A stretch of 64,000 bases of DNA from a virus. The number at the start of each line of letters is the position of its first letter. The stretch's first letter is position 1. The DNA lies in IMG/VR virus record IMGVR_UViG_3300044825_001015, positions 40,845-104,844 of that record, one strand, 5' to 3'. The notes beneath the pieces are model-generated. The model was not told the origin of the DNA. It did no database searches and saw nothing but the letters and a program-made list of their open reading frames with translations. The position numbers were made by a program, and so were the translations under genes. Shown piece by piece: positions 48,161 through 58,655 of this stretch.

Positions 48161-48751
48161 ATGCATAATGGTCCCTTAAATAAGGGGCAAGAGGTTGCCC
48201 CTGGAATAGTTATACATGATAATATAATTCAAAATTCTAAAGAACTTATAGATTTAGCAAACATTGATCAAAATATTTGGCAAGATGCTTTAGTTTATAC
48301 TGATAGGTCATCAAAAGACAAAAGTTATAGGAGTGCTCAAACCGTAAATATACCATTTCACTATAGCATGAGAAATGAATGGTTTAATGTATATAAAATA
48401 ATTTGGGAGTATTCTCAAATGTACGCTGCCAAGCAGGGTTCTGAGTTTTATGTAATGGAAGATATAGAAGTTATTCATTATAAAAAGAATTCTGACTTTT
48501 TTAAAGAACATGTTGATAAAGGTAAAGAAAACACTAGAGAAGTATCTGCATTATTATATCTAAATGATGTAGAATTAGGTGGTGAGACTTACTTCAAAAA
48601 GTTTGATGTATCCATTAAACCAAAAGCAGGCAGGCTAGTGTTTTTCCCATCTAACTATGTATACATACATGAAGCCAAGCCTCCTATTAGTAATGATAAG
48701 TTTCTTATTGTAACTTGGCTAAAACTAAAAAAAGATTACATTGATAATTAA
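48161..48751 (+). CDS. 2OG-Fe(II) oxygenase, prolyl-4-hydroxylase-like
   Basis: HVD..LYLNDVELGGET..HEAKP..K. Confidence 0.85.
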   Translation: MHNGPLNKGQEVAPGIVIHDNIIQNSKELIDLANIDQNIWQDALVYTDRSSKDKSYRSAQTVNIPFHYSMRNEWFNVYKIIWEYSQMYAAKQGSEFYVMEDIEVIHYKKNSDFFKEHVDKGKENTREVSALLYLNDVELGGETYFKKFDVSIKPKAGRLVFFPSNYVYIHEAKPPISNDKFLIVTWLKLKKDYIDN

Positions 48752-48771
48752 TCTTTAGAATAGAGAGTAAT

Positions 48772-49251
48772 ATGCAAGTATTTTTACCAGAACCAGATTT
48801 TGATTACACAGCGCAGCAATTAGATACTAAGCGTTTAGTCAAGCAACTTCTAGAGGGTCGTCAGATTATGACAATTCTAGTAGGAGAATCTAAATCAAAT
48901 GCCTGGAAGAATCATCCAGCCGTAAGAATGTTTGACGGCTATCCCGTAGCCCTGTATACTTATCTTGCAGCCATTAGAAAAGAAATGGAGCGCAGGAATT
49001 ATAAATGGGAAAAGAATTGGTATGAGATTCAGCGTATGGTCAGCGAACGCATCACAGAGACTGGAATACCGTACTGGATGCTGGACGACAATGCATTTTA
49101 TCGTGTCATTGTTACCCACCGTGGTCGGCTATATGAAAAAGCCCCAGAACTTTACGGACAATATAGAACAGAATACGAAATGTACCAAGATTATGTATGC
49201 TGCCCAGGAAAATGCACATACTATTGGCCCACACATTTAGGAGAGAAATGA
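48772..49251 (+). CDS. Pyrimidine-dimer DNA glycosylase family (MSMEG_6728/DenV-like)
   Basis: MQVFLP..LDTKRLVKQLLE..WKNHPAVRM..H...L..K. Confidence 0.8.
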   Translation: MQVFLPEPDFDYTAQQLDTKRLVKQLLEGRQIMTILVGESKSNAWKNHPAVRMFDGYPVALYTYLAAIRKEMERRNYKWEKNWYEIQRMVSERITETGIPYWMLDDNAFYRVIVTHRGRLYEKAPELYGQYRTEYEMYQDYVCCPGKCTYYWPTHLGEK

Positions 49252-50767
49252 CATATCTAACAGGAAATGTTAAGATCACAGAGGCTACAAAGTCTGAGCC
49301 TGTTTATTCTAGCAATAATATTAATATCACAGCATCCAATGCAAAGTCTGATGATAGACCATGGATGGCTTATTATGTAACTGCCGATGAATTCTTTGAG
49401 GTTCTGCGTATTGCATACGATGACACTTATGGCGGTGGATCAGATACCCCATGGCACCCAGAGGACATGTACGTTAATGTCTCTTGTGTCCTAGAGGTAG
49501 TTACAAATACTTTATCAAACATGGCAAAACTTAGGTCAGGTCGCCAGGTAAAAGGAATTAAGGAAGCATGACAGAAGTTCAGCATGTAGCCAATGCTCTT
49601 ATGAAGTCATGGTTTCCTAAGAGCCATAGCGATCAGTCCTGGCTAACTAGTGAAGATGGTCAAAACTGGTATGACATAGCCATGCTAGATGCGGCGGTAG
49701 CAATAGATGCCTATTTAGATTGGCAGTTAAAGTACGGGGACGATCTTAAATAATGTACGTTAAATGCTGGCAATGCTCAGAAAGTATTGATACAATTTCA
49801 GTAGAGAAGCAAATCTACAGTAATGTAATCAATGATCTGCGCGGGATGCTTTGCAAGAGTTCTATAGGTGACTCCTGCGATCTTGATTGGCGGCATGAAG
49901 ATTGTAGAGTAATATCAGCACTTATTAAACACTATAAGGAAAAACTATGAAGGTAACTGATTTAGAAGATATTGTTAGTCGTGTAGCACTAGACTTCTTT
50001 CATTTTAAGAATCCTGGGTTCTCAGCAATTGATAACCCAAAGAGCGTTCAGACCGCTATTGACGACACCGCTTTTGTTATTAATAAGTTTATTGGATATT
50101 TTAATCAGATGGCAGAAGGAGAAGTAAATGGCAAGTCAGGAAAATGAGGATCTTCTTAGGGATCTTAACATTGCAAGCCAGGATGTAAAGAAGGCAACCG
50201 CTGGAAAGTCTGGCGAGGGTGCTGAGAAGAAGTACGGTCAAGCCTACGCTGCTTGCGTTAAGGCAGGCATCAAGCCTCCCCTAAAGCGCAAGTACCGTCC
50301 ATGAAAAGTCCTTGCACTAGCAATAAGCATTCTGAATATACATGCCTCATAAAATGGGGAGTAAGCAGTAAGAAGTTTAAGGTAGAAAAGTGGTGTAAAG
50401 AATGCATACAGCATCATTCCCATACACATATCGTACAGGAATATCTCGCCACGAATGAGCGCGAAAAAGAGAAACACACACCCAATAATGAGCCTAAGCC
50501 GCGACGCGGCAGAAAGAAGAAGACATGAGAAACTTTGGAATTGTGGTCGGAAGATGGACGGGTATTTGGGCATGGGTATGGTATGCAGACATTATGCATG
50601 AATCAGATGATGTGCCGTATATGTCGTTCAATGCCCTCTCAAAGAGAGGGGCATTGCGTAAGGCCAAAAGATATATCCGCCGCCTGACTTCCCCCATCGA
50701 AGAGAAGAATGCATATATTTACTACTACGATGAGAACCAATTTAAAACTGGTAAAATGGAAATATGA
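49248..50767 (+). CDS. Run of small hypothetical genes (49248-49571, 49568-49753, 49753-49950, 49947-50147, 50128-50304, 50301-50528, 50525-50767)
   Basis: Tightly overlapping stop/start codons. Confidence 0.5.
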
Positions 50768-51339
50768 GCGTATTATATAAAGATAACTTCTTATCTCAGG
50801 AAGAGATTGATATCTTCCTAGAATTTTACGACTTCATTGATAAGAATGATATGTGGGAGTCTTCCACCATGGATTTTTGGGATGGAAGAACGTTTGAATT
50901 CTCATATTATATGAAGACATTCGGGGATAGAGATAAATTTAAGTTCTTTATGTCAATTCTCAAAAGAATGCAGCAGACAATAATGCATGAATTCGGCCTT
51001 ATAGATATTATTTATGCCGATACAATGCAAATTGTCAAATGGAAAGATGGTACTGAGCAGCCCCCCCACGCAGACAATGTAGAGCAAGATGGGACTCCCA
51101 ACGTAAGTCCATGGCGTCTATACTCAGGTATTATTTATCTCAATGATGACTATGAGGGTGGTCAGACTTATTTTCCGAACCTCAAGCAAGAGATAGAGCC
51201 TAAGGCTGGGAGACTTGGCATGTTCTATGCTGATTTAGAACACACCCACGGGGTGAAGAAAGTAGTTGGGGGAGAAAGAAAAACAATAATTACTTTCTGG
51301 AATCATGAGTTATTAAACAAGACACTAAGGTTAGGATAA
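50764..51339 (+). CDS. 2OG-Fe(II) oxygenase, prolyl-4-hydroxylase-like
   Basis: PHAD..YLNDDYEGG..HGVKKV..R. Confidence 0.85.
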   Translation: MSVLYKDNFLSQEEIDIFLEFYDFIDKNDMWESSTMDFWDGRTFEFSYYMKTFGDRDKFKFFMSILKRMQQTIMHEFGLIDIIYADTMQIVKWKDGTEQPPHADNVEQDGTPNVSPWRLYSGIIYLNDDYEGGQTYFPNLKQEIEPKAGRLGMFYADLEHTHGVKKVVGGERKTIITFWNHELLNKTLRLG

Positions 51340-51456
51340 TTATGTTTAGTTTTGTAGGAGAGGCCGTCAATGGTGTTGTGGATAAGTTTGTCGATTGGCT
51401 AGTGCCACTTGATAACTTTGGTCCACTCACAGATGACGATGAAGTCTCTTGGTAAG

Positions 51457-51957
51457 ATGAGAAAATACTATGCCAGGGTAAAAGCACCAAGCGAGCATAT
51501 CTGTCAATTCTACAGCCTTCCTAGGCTGTCTAAATTAGACTGGGTGCCGTTTGAGGGCTTTACTGGTTTTCTCATCCCAGAGGAAATTTGGGGGAAAGAA
51601 AAGTTCCTGGCAGCAGTAAAAGAAAGATATCCACAATCACTAGCCATCATAATGAGGCTGGAACCAGGAACCGCCTATACATGGCATAAGGATGTAGATA
51701 GATCGTTCACGATCAATATGCTGATGCATCGAAATGGGCATAGCCATACTGTATTCGGAGAAAAGGAATCTGATTACACTAATTCAATTCATGAATTAGA
51801 TTATGAGCCAGGATATTTCTATCTATTCAATACCCAAGAATTGCATGAGGTATATAATTTAGATGAGTATAGATATTTATTTACCATGAAAATCGTAACT
51901 GAGGATTCTTATGAAGATGTACTCAGTTGGGCGGAGGCGAAAGGGTGGCTGTATTAA
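51457..51957 (+). CDS. Cupin/2OG-oxygenase-like protein
   Basis: WHKD..FNTQELHEVYN..R. Confidence 0.6.
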   Translation: MRKYYARVKAPSEHICQFYSLPRLSKLDWVPFEGFTGFLIPEEIWGKEKFLAAVKERYPQSLAIIMRLEPGTAYTWHKDVDRSFTINMLMHRNGHSHTVFGEKESDYTNSIHELDYEPGYFYLFNTQELHEVYNLDEYRYLFTMKIVTEDSYEDVLSWAEAKGWLY

Positions 51958-52424
51958 AGTGGGCATCTTTCCTTGTAGGACTATGGATTATATCCTATAC
52001 TATAACTACGATCATCTTGAGGATGAACAAGAAGCAATATAATATAACACACTACTATCCACAGAATGCGATAAATATATGAGCGACTTAGATAAGATGC
52101 TTCAGGAAATGGAAAGGCTTCTCAAGAGGTACAGAAGGCTTCTGAATATCTCTACGCCTATCCTTGTGGGTATCTTTGTGTCGCTATTTTTTGCAGCATA
52201 CATGGTCTATATCATAGGGATAAATTAATGAATCAGAATCCACATGGGGCAGTTGGAAGTGACTGTCTTACTACACTATTGGCGGGGGGATGCTTTATGA
52301 TTCTCCTCTTTACTACTATAGTAATTATACTAGGATGGCTCTTTACATGAGTACAAAAGAAACACTAATGATAGCAATCTATTCTTTGGCTATTGTCTAT
52401 TTGACAGCACGAATTGGCTATTTT

Positions 52425-52799
52425 TTGTCCACATAGGGCTATATACATGTGGATAAGTTGTGTATAACTTCATACAAATTGTGAATAAAGATATACAACT
52501 ATTAAATTAATTGTGTAGGTGTAATGGGCCAAGATACACCCCCCATCGTAATGTCAAGAAAAATGGGGCATTTTTATAATATATTTACCAAATATGACCC
52601 CATATTATTTAATTATGCCAAATTCTGTAAAATTCCATGAAAAAATTAGCCCCTTCGTAATATGCCCAAAGATATCCACAATCTGTGGATAAAATGTGGG
52701 CGGGATATGTAATGTGTATCCTATATTTATCATATATAGTATATGTAAAGGATTAGATCCAATTACCCCCCTGTGGATAACTTGTGGAAAATATCCACA
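52425..52799. promoter_or_regulatory. Cluster of DnaA boxes
   Basis: TTGTCCACA 52425; TGTGGATAA 52448, 52684, 52772; TGTGTATAA 52459; TGTGAATAA 52480; ATATCCACA 52672, 52791; TGTGGAAAA 52783. Confidence 0.75.
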
Positions 52800-52912
52800 A
52801 ATTTCCATGATTTTTTTATGTCCGTCGTAATGTCTAATTAATTTTTTATATCGGCGCTATCTCCGAAATTTCTAAAAATTTCCATGATTTTTTATAAGCC
52901 GTCGTAATATGC

Positions 52913-52960
52913 TTGACAAATTTTATTGTCGGTGCCGCCACCGAAATCGGTGGCTGTCAA
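52913..52960. repeat. 48-bp dyad element, copy 1
   Basis: TTGACA-N10-TCGGTG-N4-CACCGA-N10-TGTCAA. Confidence 0.85.
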
Positions 52961-52961
52961 G

Positions 52962-53210
52962 TCACAACATGAATGCAATCCAATTGTCAATCCAATCCTG
53001 CTGGGTCCAATTGTCAATATTGGCATATCGCTCTGGGGTGAACTGCTTGCGAATCTCCTCCGCCTCAGGGTACTTGGAAGGAATAGAGAATCCCCAAGGT
53101 GTGAAGTACCCATCCTCTGCGATAGCCTGCTTCACCTGGGCGGTGAAGTTGGGCTTATCAAACTCAAGGATACCCATGTCAATCGCTGCAACTGCTTCAT
53201 CAAATGTCAT
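52962..53210 (-). CDS. Hypothetical protein (leaderless)
   Basis: ATG 6 nt after the -10 of promoter 53217-53238. Confidence 0.6.
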   Translation of the reverse strand: MTFDEAVAAIDMGILEFDKPNFTAQVKQAIAEDGYFTPWGFSIPSKYPEAEEIRKQFTPERYANIDNWTQQDWIDNWIAFML

Positions 53211-53216
53211 ATCCAT

Positions 53217-53238
53217 ACTATACACCCGCCCTCTGACA
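53217..53238 (-). promoter_or_regulatory. PafBC/RecA-NDp-type promoter
   Basis: TGTCAG-AGGGCGGGTG-TATAGT. Confidence 0.75.
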
Positions 53239-53396
53239 TTAGTCAAGAAAAGTGGTCTGGCTGCTAGGAATTTCAAGGCTCCTGCTTTAGTTAACGACTA
53301 GGGCGTCCCCTGATAGCCGCACCAGACCTTCTACCTTACCTACTCCAATATTGTATCACTTCAACTTTTTGTACGTCAAGCCCTGGCTTGATGGGT

Positions 53397-53753
53397 CTAC
53401 TCAGCCCCTCGCTGAACGAACGACGGAGCATATCGGCTTGTATAGTCTTCGATAGTTCCTCGGGCAGTTGTACCACCAGCCGCAAATCCACGACCAGGGT
53501 TGTAGTCGGGTACTTCTTCATAGTCATTCACCACCTCATGCATGATACGAGAGGCCATCTCACCAATCACGGGATCGCCAATGCCATAGCGCCAGTCAAT
53601 CTCGTTGAGCATGAACCATCCAATCGCAACCTTGTGCAACATAGCCGCAGGATATCCACCAGCAGTCTTTACTAGATTAGCAAACTGATATGGATTATAG
53701 AGCCTGTTATTTGCTGCCTCCACAAATGCTTTCGCTGCCTTTTCCTCTATCAT
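53397..53753 (-). CDS. Hypothetical protein
   Basis: GAAAGGA SD. Confidence 0.6.
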   Translation of the reverse strand: MIEEKAAKAFVEAANNRLYNPYQFANLVKTAGGYPAAMLHKVAIGWFMLNEIDWRYGIGDPVIGEMASRIMHEVVNDYEEVPDYNPGRGFAAGGTTARGTIEDYTSRYAPSFVQRGAE

Positions 53754-53779
53754 GATATCCTTTCGATGGGGAGTCTACA

Positions 53780-54142
53780 TTATACACGAACGAGCGGGTC
53801 TTTGCTAGTGGCAATGGAAGAAGGAGCCTTTACTCCCCCCTCGCATGTGCAGTACATCATGTGGTAATGACAATCAAAACATGTAACAAACTCTATAACG
53901 TATCCCTCTTTACTACGACCCTTGAGTTTCTTAGGCTTGCGAACAGCAGTCATAGGTGGAACATGTGGACGGATAACAGCAGGCTCTACCTCAGGTAGAC
54001 CATCGTCACGCTTTCCTGTACGTCCTTCTAGTTTCCCGCCCTCTTCTTGATAATCCTTCAGAGCAGTCATCATCTCAGCAGTAAAGCGACCACGCTCTCC
54101 TACTGTGAATCCCAGACTACGCAGATACTCACGCTTGTCCAT
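53780..54142 (-). CDS. Lsr2-like DNA-binding-domain protein with C-terminal Cys cluster
   Basis: REYLRSLGFTVGERGRFTAE resembles the Lsr2 C-terminal domain with its RGR AT-hook. Confidence 0.7.
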   Translation of the reverse strand: MDKREYLRSLGFTVGERGRFTAEMMTALKDYQEEGGKLEGRTGKRDDGLPEVEPAVIRPHVPPMTAVRKPKKLKGRSKEGYVIEFVTCFDCHYHMMYCTCEGGVKAPSSIATSKDPLVRV

Positions 54143-56379
54143 TCCATACTCCGTTCTCTGTCATGATCTCTACTTGTACCTCTAGGTTGTATTCAGCCTG
54201 AGTATAGAATCTGAAAGCAACATCAACCATTCTAAGCAGGGCAGCATCATTCAACATAGCCGCCTCGTTCTCGTATGTCCTAAGATGGTCATGATCTTCT
54301 GAGTGTAGTTCCCACACATACCCGCCAGGACCACAGTCAATCTCTATAAACTTTAGCATTAGATATCCATCCTTAGTTGTCCATCGACCTGATTAGCCCA
54401 CTCCGCTTCCTCGCGCTCGTAGTCTGCCCACAACTCATCTGGCTCTGAGCAATCCCAGAAGAGCGCATCCCACAGACGCAACTCATCGCACATTGAGCGA
54501 CCTGTCACCACCGCACCGTTAGGCAACTCATACTTACGATCAAACACAGTCTCATCAGAAAACTCGTAGTCCCAGTTATCTTGCATGTCTGCCCAACCTA
54601 GGATGTATGGATCGGAGTCACGCTGTAACTCATCGAATATCTCCTGCACGCGCAACTGAATGTCATGCGGAATCGGCGGGTAGAAGTTAGCAGTAAGGTG
54701 CATGGTGATATCTGTCATTAGTCCTCCACAGGATCGACACTAACGGAATCTTGGATATAGCCGCCCTCAACAAGAATGGCGTCGGAATGATTATACTTGC
54801 CATTCCAGAAGTTCGCAAGAACATCGTCAAGCGTGTCTGCCTCTACGAACAAGTCCCACCAGTCCTCGGTTTGATAACTAATCTTATACTTAGGCATAAG
54901 GAACCTCCAATGGAAGAACGAACCAGTCACCATCACCATGATTAGATCCATAGTCAATGGCTTCATCCCTAGAAACGAACGGTCCATGAAGAGTATGACC
55001 ATCGAAAGCATTACCAAATGCAACTATGTATTTCACAGTTCCTCCCCATTCTCATCCTGATAGATAATTCCATAGGAATCACCAAAGTCCTCATACACCC
55101 AATCTTCGATATACGCCAGCACTTCCTCTAGGGTAGGCTCATATGGCTCGGCATTATCATCACCACGGCTGCCATAATCGTTCATAGCCTGCAATGATTC
55201 TACAATCTGGACAACATCATAGGTAACAGTCTTGATAGCGTTGATACGTTCAGGAAGAGACATTATTACCCACCATCCTACCCGACACCACTATCCCAGG
55301 AGCAGGCCAGGTATCGACAATGTATCCAAGAAGTCTAACTAGAGACTCATCAAGTGCTGCCGTGATAGGTGTATCATCATCTGGCGCTTCCCAGCGATCA
55401 GGTAGCCTATCGTCAGAAATAAAGATATTACCATCTGGGAAGTAGGCGGCGGTATCAGATTCTACCCCCCACCTCTGAGTATCTGTGTCATAGAATACAA
55501 CATAGTGCAACTGCATGATTACTCCTTATCCTGCGTAGGGCTGGGTCCAGTCCCAGGCATACTCCTGGAGAATCTCTTCTACCCTAGCAATAGCCTCGCT
55601 CTCATCATCAGCGTCAATGATGAAACTAACATTCTGAACGTCTACTGAAATATCCATCAGTCCTCCATGAAGTTGTAGTAGTAGCGAGTATAGCCAATCG
55701 GCTCGGAAGAGTCAAGAGGGTCAAGGGTGGGATGGGAAGAATACTGCAACGTCCCCTTCACTCCATCACTCTTACGCTTGACAATACACAGATCATAGAA
55801 GAATCCTAGAACCTCATACTGCTCTAGCATCTGATCTTTGGTAAGCATATTACTGGCTAGCATCAGTCCTCTGCCTCCTCATATGTCATGAGATACAAAC
55901 TCTGCTCTCTTACCACCCACACCAAACCCTCGCGGGTGTTGGTGTTGAGATATTCTAGTGCATCCTCATAGGTCCAGTCAATAGCATCCAGAATTTCATA
56001 GTGCCTATCATCATCTACCTCATCAGAGGATAGCCAATTCATATCAGCAATAAACTGATCCCACTCCAACTCAAATCCATAGTCGTGAGCCAATTCGATA
56101 ACTAGGCACATGAATTCTAGGTTTGATCTATGGCTACCGTCAATGTAGCAACCAGTCTCAGTCTTCATCTGGGATTACATCCTCCACGGTGGGAACAATA
56201 GAAATGTTGTTCATGATCTCGTTATACAACTCAGGATCACGACCACTAGCAAGGTCGTCAGCCAACTGCTCCAACTCCTCGCGGGTCATGTCATCATATG
56301 CCTCATACTCATACTCAAAATCCATGAAATGACCAGTTCCCTCATAGATGAGTTCTACTGAGAATGTGATAGTAGCCAT
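54129..56379 (-). CDS. Operon of small acidic hypothetical early proteins (54129-54359, 54359-54718, 54718-54897, 55033-55263, 55250-55516, 55657-55863, 55863-56168, 56158-56379)
   Basis: Overlapping stop/start codons and GGAG SDs. Confidence 0.55.
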
Positions 56380-56648
56380 TCTAACTCCAGTCGTCTGGGC
56401 GGAATCCGCCTGATGTAAGCCAATTATCCAATGCAAAGAAGGCATCTGTCAAGAAATCCATAGCCTCTTCTGCATCAACTTCCAAAGTTCCCCACTCCTC
56501 CCAACGTGCAAGCGCGACGCGGATAGAAGAAAGAGTTTCATTCGGGTCCATATTCTCTCCTTTCTAGGTATATCTAGTAAAGCCTATGCGAGAGTATATG
56601 TCAAGCAGGTTTTCTGTGATTTCCGTGATTTTTTCGTAACCGTCGTAA

Positions 56649-56696
56649 TTGACATTAGGTAGATTCGGTGCTGCCACCGATTTGCGGATTTGTCAA
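56649..56696. repeat. 48-bp dyad element, copy 2
   Basis: TTGACA-N10-TCGGTG-CTGC-CACCGA-N10-TGTCAA. Confidence 0.85.
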
Positions 56697-56697
56697 G

Positions 56698-56765
56698 CCC
56701 CACCCCAGAGAATCGAACTCTGCCCGACAGGTTTTGGAGGCCCGTCTGCGCCCAGCGCGGGTGGA
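56698..56765 (-). tRNA. trnW: Atypical 68-nt tRNA-Trp (CCA) with a minimal D arm
   Basis: TCCACCC/GGGTGGG, D arm GCGC-TGG-GCGC, loop CT-CCA-AA, T arm CAGAG-TTCGATT-CTCTG, discriminator G. Confidence 0.7.
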
Positions 56766-56768
56766 TCG

Positions 56769-56870
56769 GAGCAGTTTATCCATTGTCCAATCTAGGATTC
56801 CCTCATGCTCAGGAGGTTTTCGGCCCCATGCCTGCCGATGGCAGGGCAGTTTTACATCATGCCCAGGATG
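56769..56870 (-). ncRNA. Two tandem H-type pseudoknot motifs (56844-56870 and 56769-56816)
   Basis: CATC-CTGGGCAT-GATG-TAAAAC-TGCCC and CCTC-CTGAGCAT-GAGG-..-TAAAC-TGCTC. Confidence 0.7.
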
Positions 56871-56875
56871 TTTGA

Positions 56876-57880
56876 TTACGCGAAGGCGATTTCCTTGACC
56901 GCCTTCAGGATGCGACCCTTCTCCGCATTGGTGACAGGATCGAAACCGCTAGCGGCTGCTGCAACATTCTCAGCACCCCGCTCACCACGGCCCTTGCGGA
57001 ACCAGTCCAGACGCTCCGTGAGAGCATTGAACGCACCCCACGCGGTGCCTGCGATCATGTTAGTGGTGTCGGAAGAGTAAATCTCCTCCAGCAGATCGAC
57101 CTTAGTCTCCCACTTCTTGACAGCACCCTTGGCATCCTTGTCGGGACGCGGGTAGACAGCCTCAACAATGGCATCAAACTTAGCCTTGGTAATCTCCTTG
57201 GCAATAAGAGCCTGAGCCTCCTTATCGAAGGTGTCAAGGTACTGATTGGCGAGAGAAAGAGCCTCGCGTGCAGCCTGAACCTTACCACCCACGGTCTGCG
57301 TGTGGCGAATCTTGAAGGACTGCTTCACACCCTGAAGAGCCATGTTCAGAGTGTTCTGGCACACCACGCGAACGGGAGTGATGGAAGCCTGCACAGCAGT
57401 AGAACCATCATGCGAGGTGTGGACGAGAAGGTAGGACTTCACAACATCCGACACACCATTGGGGTCAAGGACAGTCTCACGCTCCAGCGCAAGCGAACCG
57501 AACACGACACGACCCTGGCGAATAGAGCCAGCAGTCTCCCAACGACCACCGTCAAGGAGGGCGTCACCAAAGTTGAAAAGATCCTCGTTCTGAAGAACGT
57601 GGTAGCGCTCACCAACGGTAGCAAGAACGTCAGTACCCTGGTCGAATGGGTTGTCACGAAGGACCATGTAGGAAGGCGTGATCACATTGTACGCCTTGGG
57701 GTAAGGAACGGCCTCCAGGCGAACGTTCCAGTTGGACAGGTAAGCCGCATCCAGCATCTCCTGGGTGGACTTCTCCTCAAAGAACACGGTCCCAAGACCA
57801 TGCCAAGCGGGTTCGCGGAAAGAAGCAAAAGACTGCTTCTCGCCATCCCGACTAACCTCTACTGCGTGTGGCATATTCAT
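56876..57880 (-). CDS. DUF932 (phage/plasmid TIGR03299-like) protein
   Basis: PAWHGLG, WETAG, SHDGS, TPVRVVCQNT, RHT, GTAWGAFNALTE. Confidence 0.9.
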   Translation of the reverse strand: MNMPHAVEVSRDGEKQSFASFREPAWHGLGTVFFEEKSTQEMLDAAYLSNWNVRLEAVPYPKAYNVITPSYMVLRDNPFDQGTDVLATVGERYHVLQNEDLFNFGDALLDGGRWETAGSIRQGRVVFGSLALERETVLDPNGVSDVVKSYLLVHTSHDGSTAVQASITPVRVVCQNTLNMALQGVKQSFKIRHTQTVGGKVQAAREALSLANQYLDTFDKEAQALIAKEITKAKFDAIVEAVYPRPDKDAKGAVKKWETKVDLLEEIYSSDTTNMIAGTAWGAFNALTERLDWFRKGRGERGAENVAAAASGFDPVTNAEKGRILKAVKEIAFA

Positions 57881-57908
57881 CTCCTTAGTTGATCGAACTT
57901 ATGGAACT

Positions 57909-57930
57909 ACTATACACCTGGGGACTGACA
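57909..57930 (-). promoter_or_regulatory. PafBC/RecA-NDp-type promoter
   Basis: TGTCAG-TCCCCAGGTG-TATAGT. Confidence 0.75.
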
Positions 57931-57980
57931 CTCGCAAGACTTTTTCTAAAAAATCCGTGAAAAATATTCTCTCGTCGTAA

Positions 57981-58013
57981 TTGACTTTACTAGGATTTCG
58001 GGGCAGGCACCGA
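57981..58013. repeat. Dyad element, copy 3 (partial)
   Basis: TTGACT-N11-TCGGGG-CAGG-CACCGA. Confidence 0.7.
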
Positions 58014-58018
58014 AAATA

Positions 58019-58046
58019 TGAGCAGTTTTTCGTCATGCTCAGGACG
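58019..58046 (-). ncRNA. H-type pseudoknot motif
   Basis: CGTC-CTGAGCAT-GACG-AAAAAC-TGCTCA. Confidence 0.7.
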
Positions 58047-58147
58047 CCATTAATGGTTGCAATGCTGGGGAATATAGGCGCTATTGGAAGTCCATGAGTC
58101 CCTAGGTTGACTTTCTCTTCCCTCACCCTATGTTGCCATACTCTGCG

Positions 58148-58220
58148 TACCCCCAACGGGATTCGAACCCGTGCTACCGCCTTGAAAGGGCGGCGTCCTT
58201 GGCCTCTAGACGATGGGGGC
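58148..58220 (-). tRNA. trnE: tRNA-Glu (UUC)
   Basis: GCCCCCA/TGGGGGT, CCGCC-CTTTCAA-GGCGG. Confidence 0.92.
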
Positions 58221-58228
58221 TATCTGGT

Positions 58229-58654
58229 CTAACTCTCAGACCAGTCAATCTCCATGCGATCCTCTGAGAAGTCTGCCTCTACATCAGCAGAGTAGTAGTG
58301 CGACTCAAGGCTAGCACTCAGATCATTCTCAAGATTATCCATGTCGTAGTTCAGAGGAACACTAACGGTCCCGCTGAATGTGACGGTCACAGTAACATCG
58401 TAGTCCTTGCTGATGCTAAGACCAAAGATATCGACAAGGCTCTGAGAAATCTCCTCGTCAATGTAGTCATACTGCTCCTTGACGTACTGCTCAAGGTTGT
58501 CGATCATCATCTGACGATCATGTGCCCTGGCCTGCCAGAAATCACGATCAGCAGTCATACTAGCAAGGGCGTTGTTCAGTTGATCAATCTTAGTCTCCAA
58601 CTCCTGCATGGTGGGCGGGAATGGATGAATGTCAGTCATGCTAGGGTCAATCAT
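58229..58654 (-). CDS. Hypothetical coiled-coil/acidic protein
   Basis: GGAGG SD; host-like codon usage. Confidence 0.65.
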   Translation of the reverse strand: MIDPSMTDIHPFPPTMQELETKIDQLNNALASMTADRDFWQARAHDRQMMIDNLEQYVKEQYDYIDEEISQSLVDIFGLSISKDYDVTVTVTFSGTVSVPLNYDMDNLENDLSASLESHYYSADVEADFSEDRMEIDWSES

Positions 58655-58655
58655 G

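Larger units (their letters stand above)
7091..50757 (+). promoter_or_regulatory. Dispersed extended -10 promoters TG(A/G)TA(T/C/A)AAT of the + strand arm
   Basis: Copies at 7091, 13998, 20190, 24782, 34728, 40595, 43543, 46228 and 50749, at gene boundaries; three are 6 nt before an ATG (leaderless). Confidence 0.65.

Noticed and set aside
565-51490. Many short - strand ORFs in the + arm, and + strand ORFs beyond 52.9 kb
   Set aside because: They are antisense shadows of well-supported genes, without SDs or recognisable motifs
55262-55287. TGTCGG near a TAATAAT on the - strand as a twelfth PafBC-type promoter
   Set aside because: The spacing is not 10 nt
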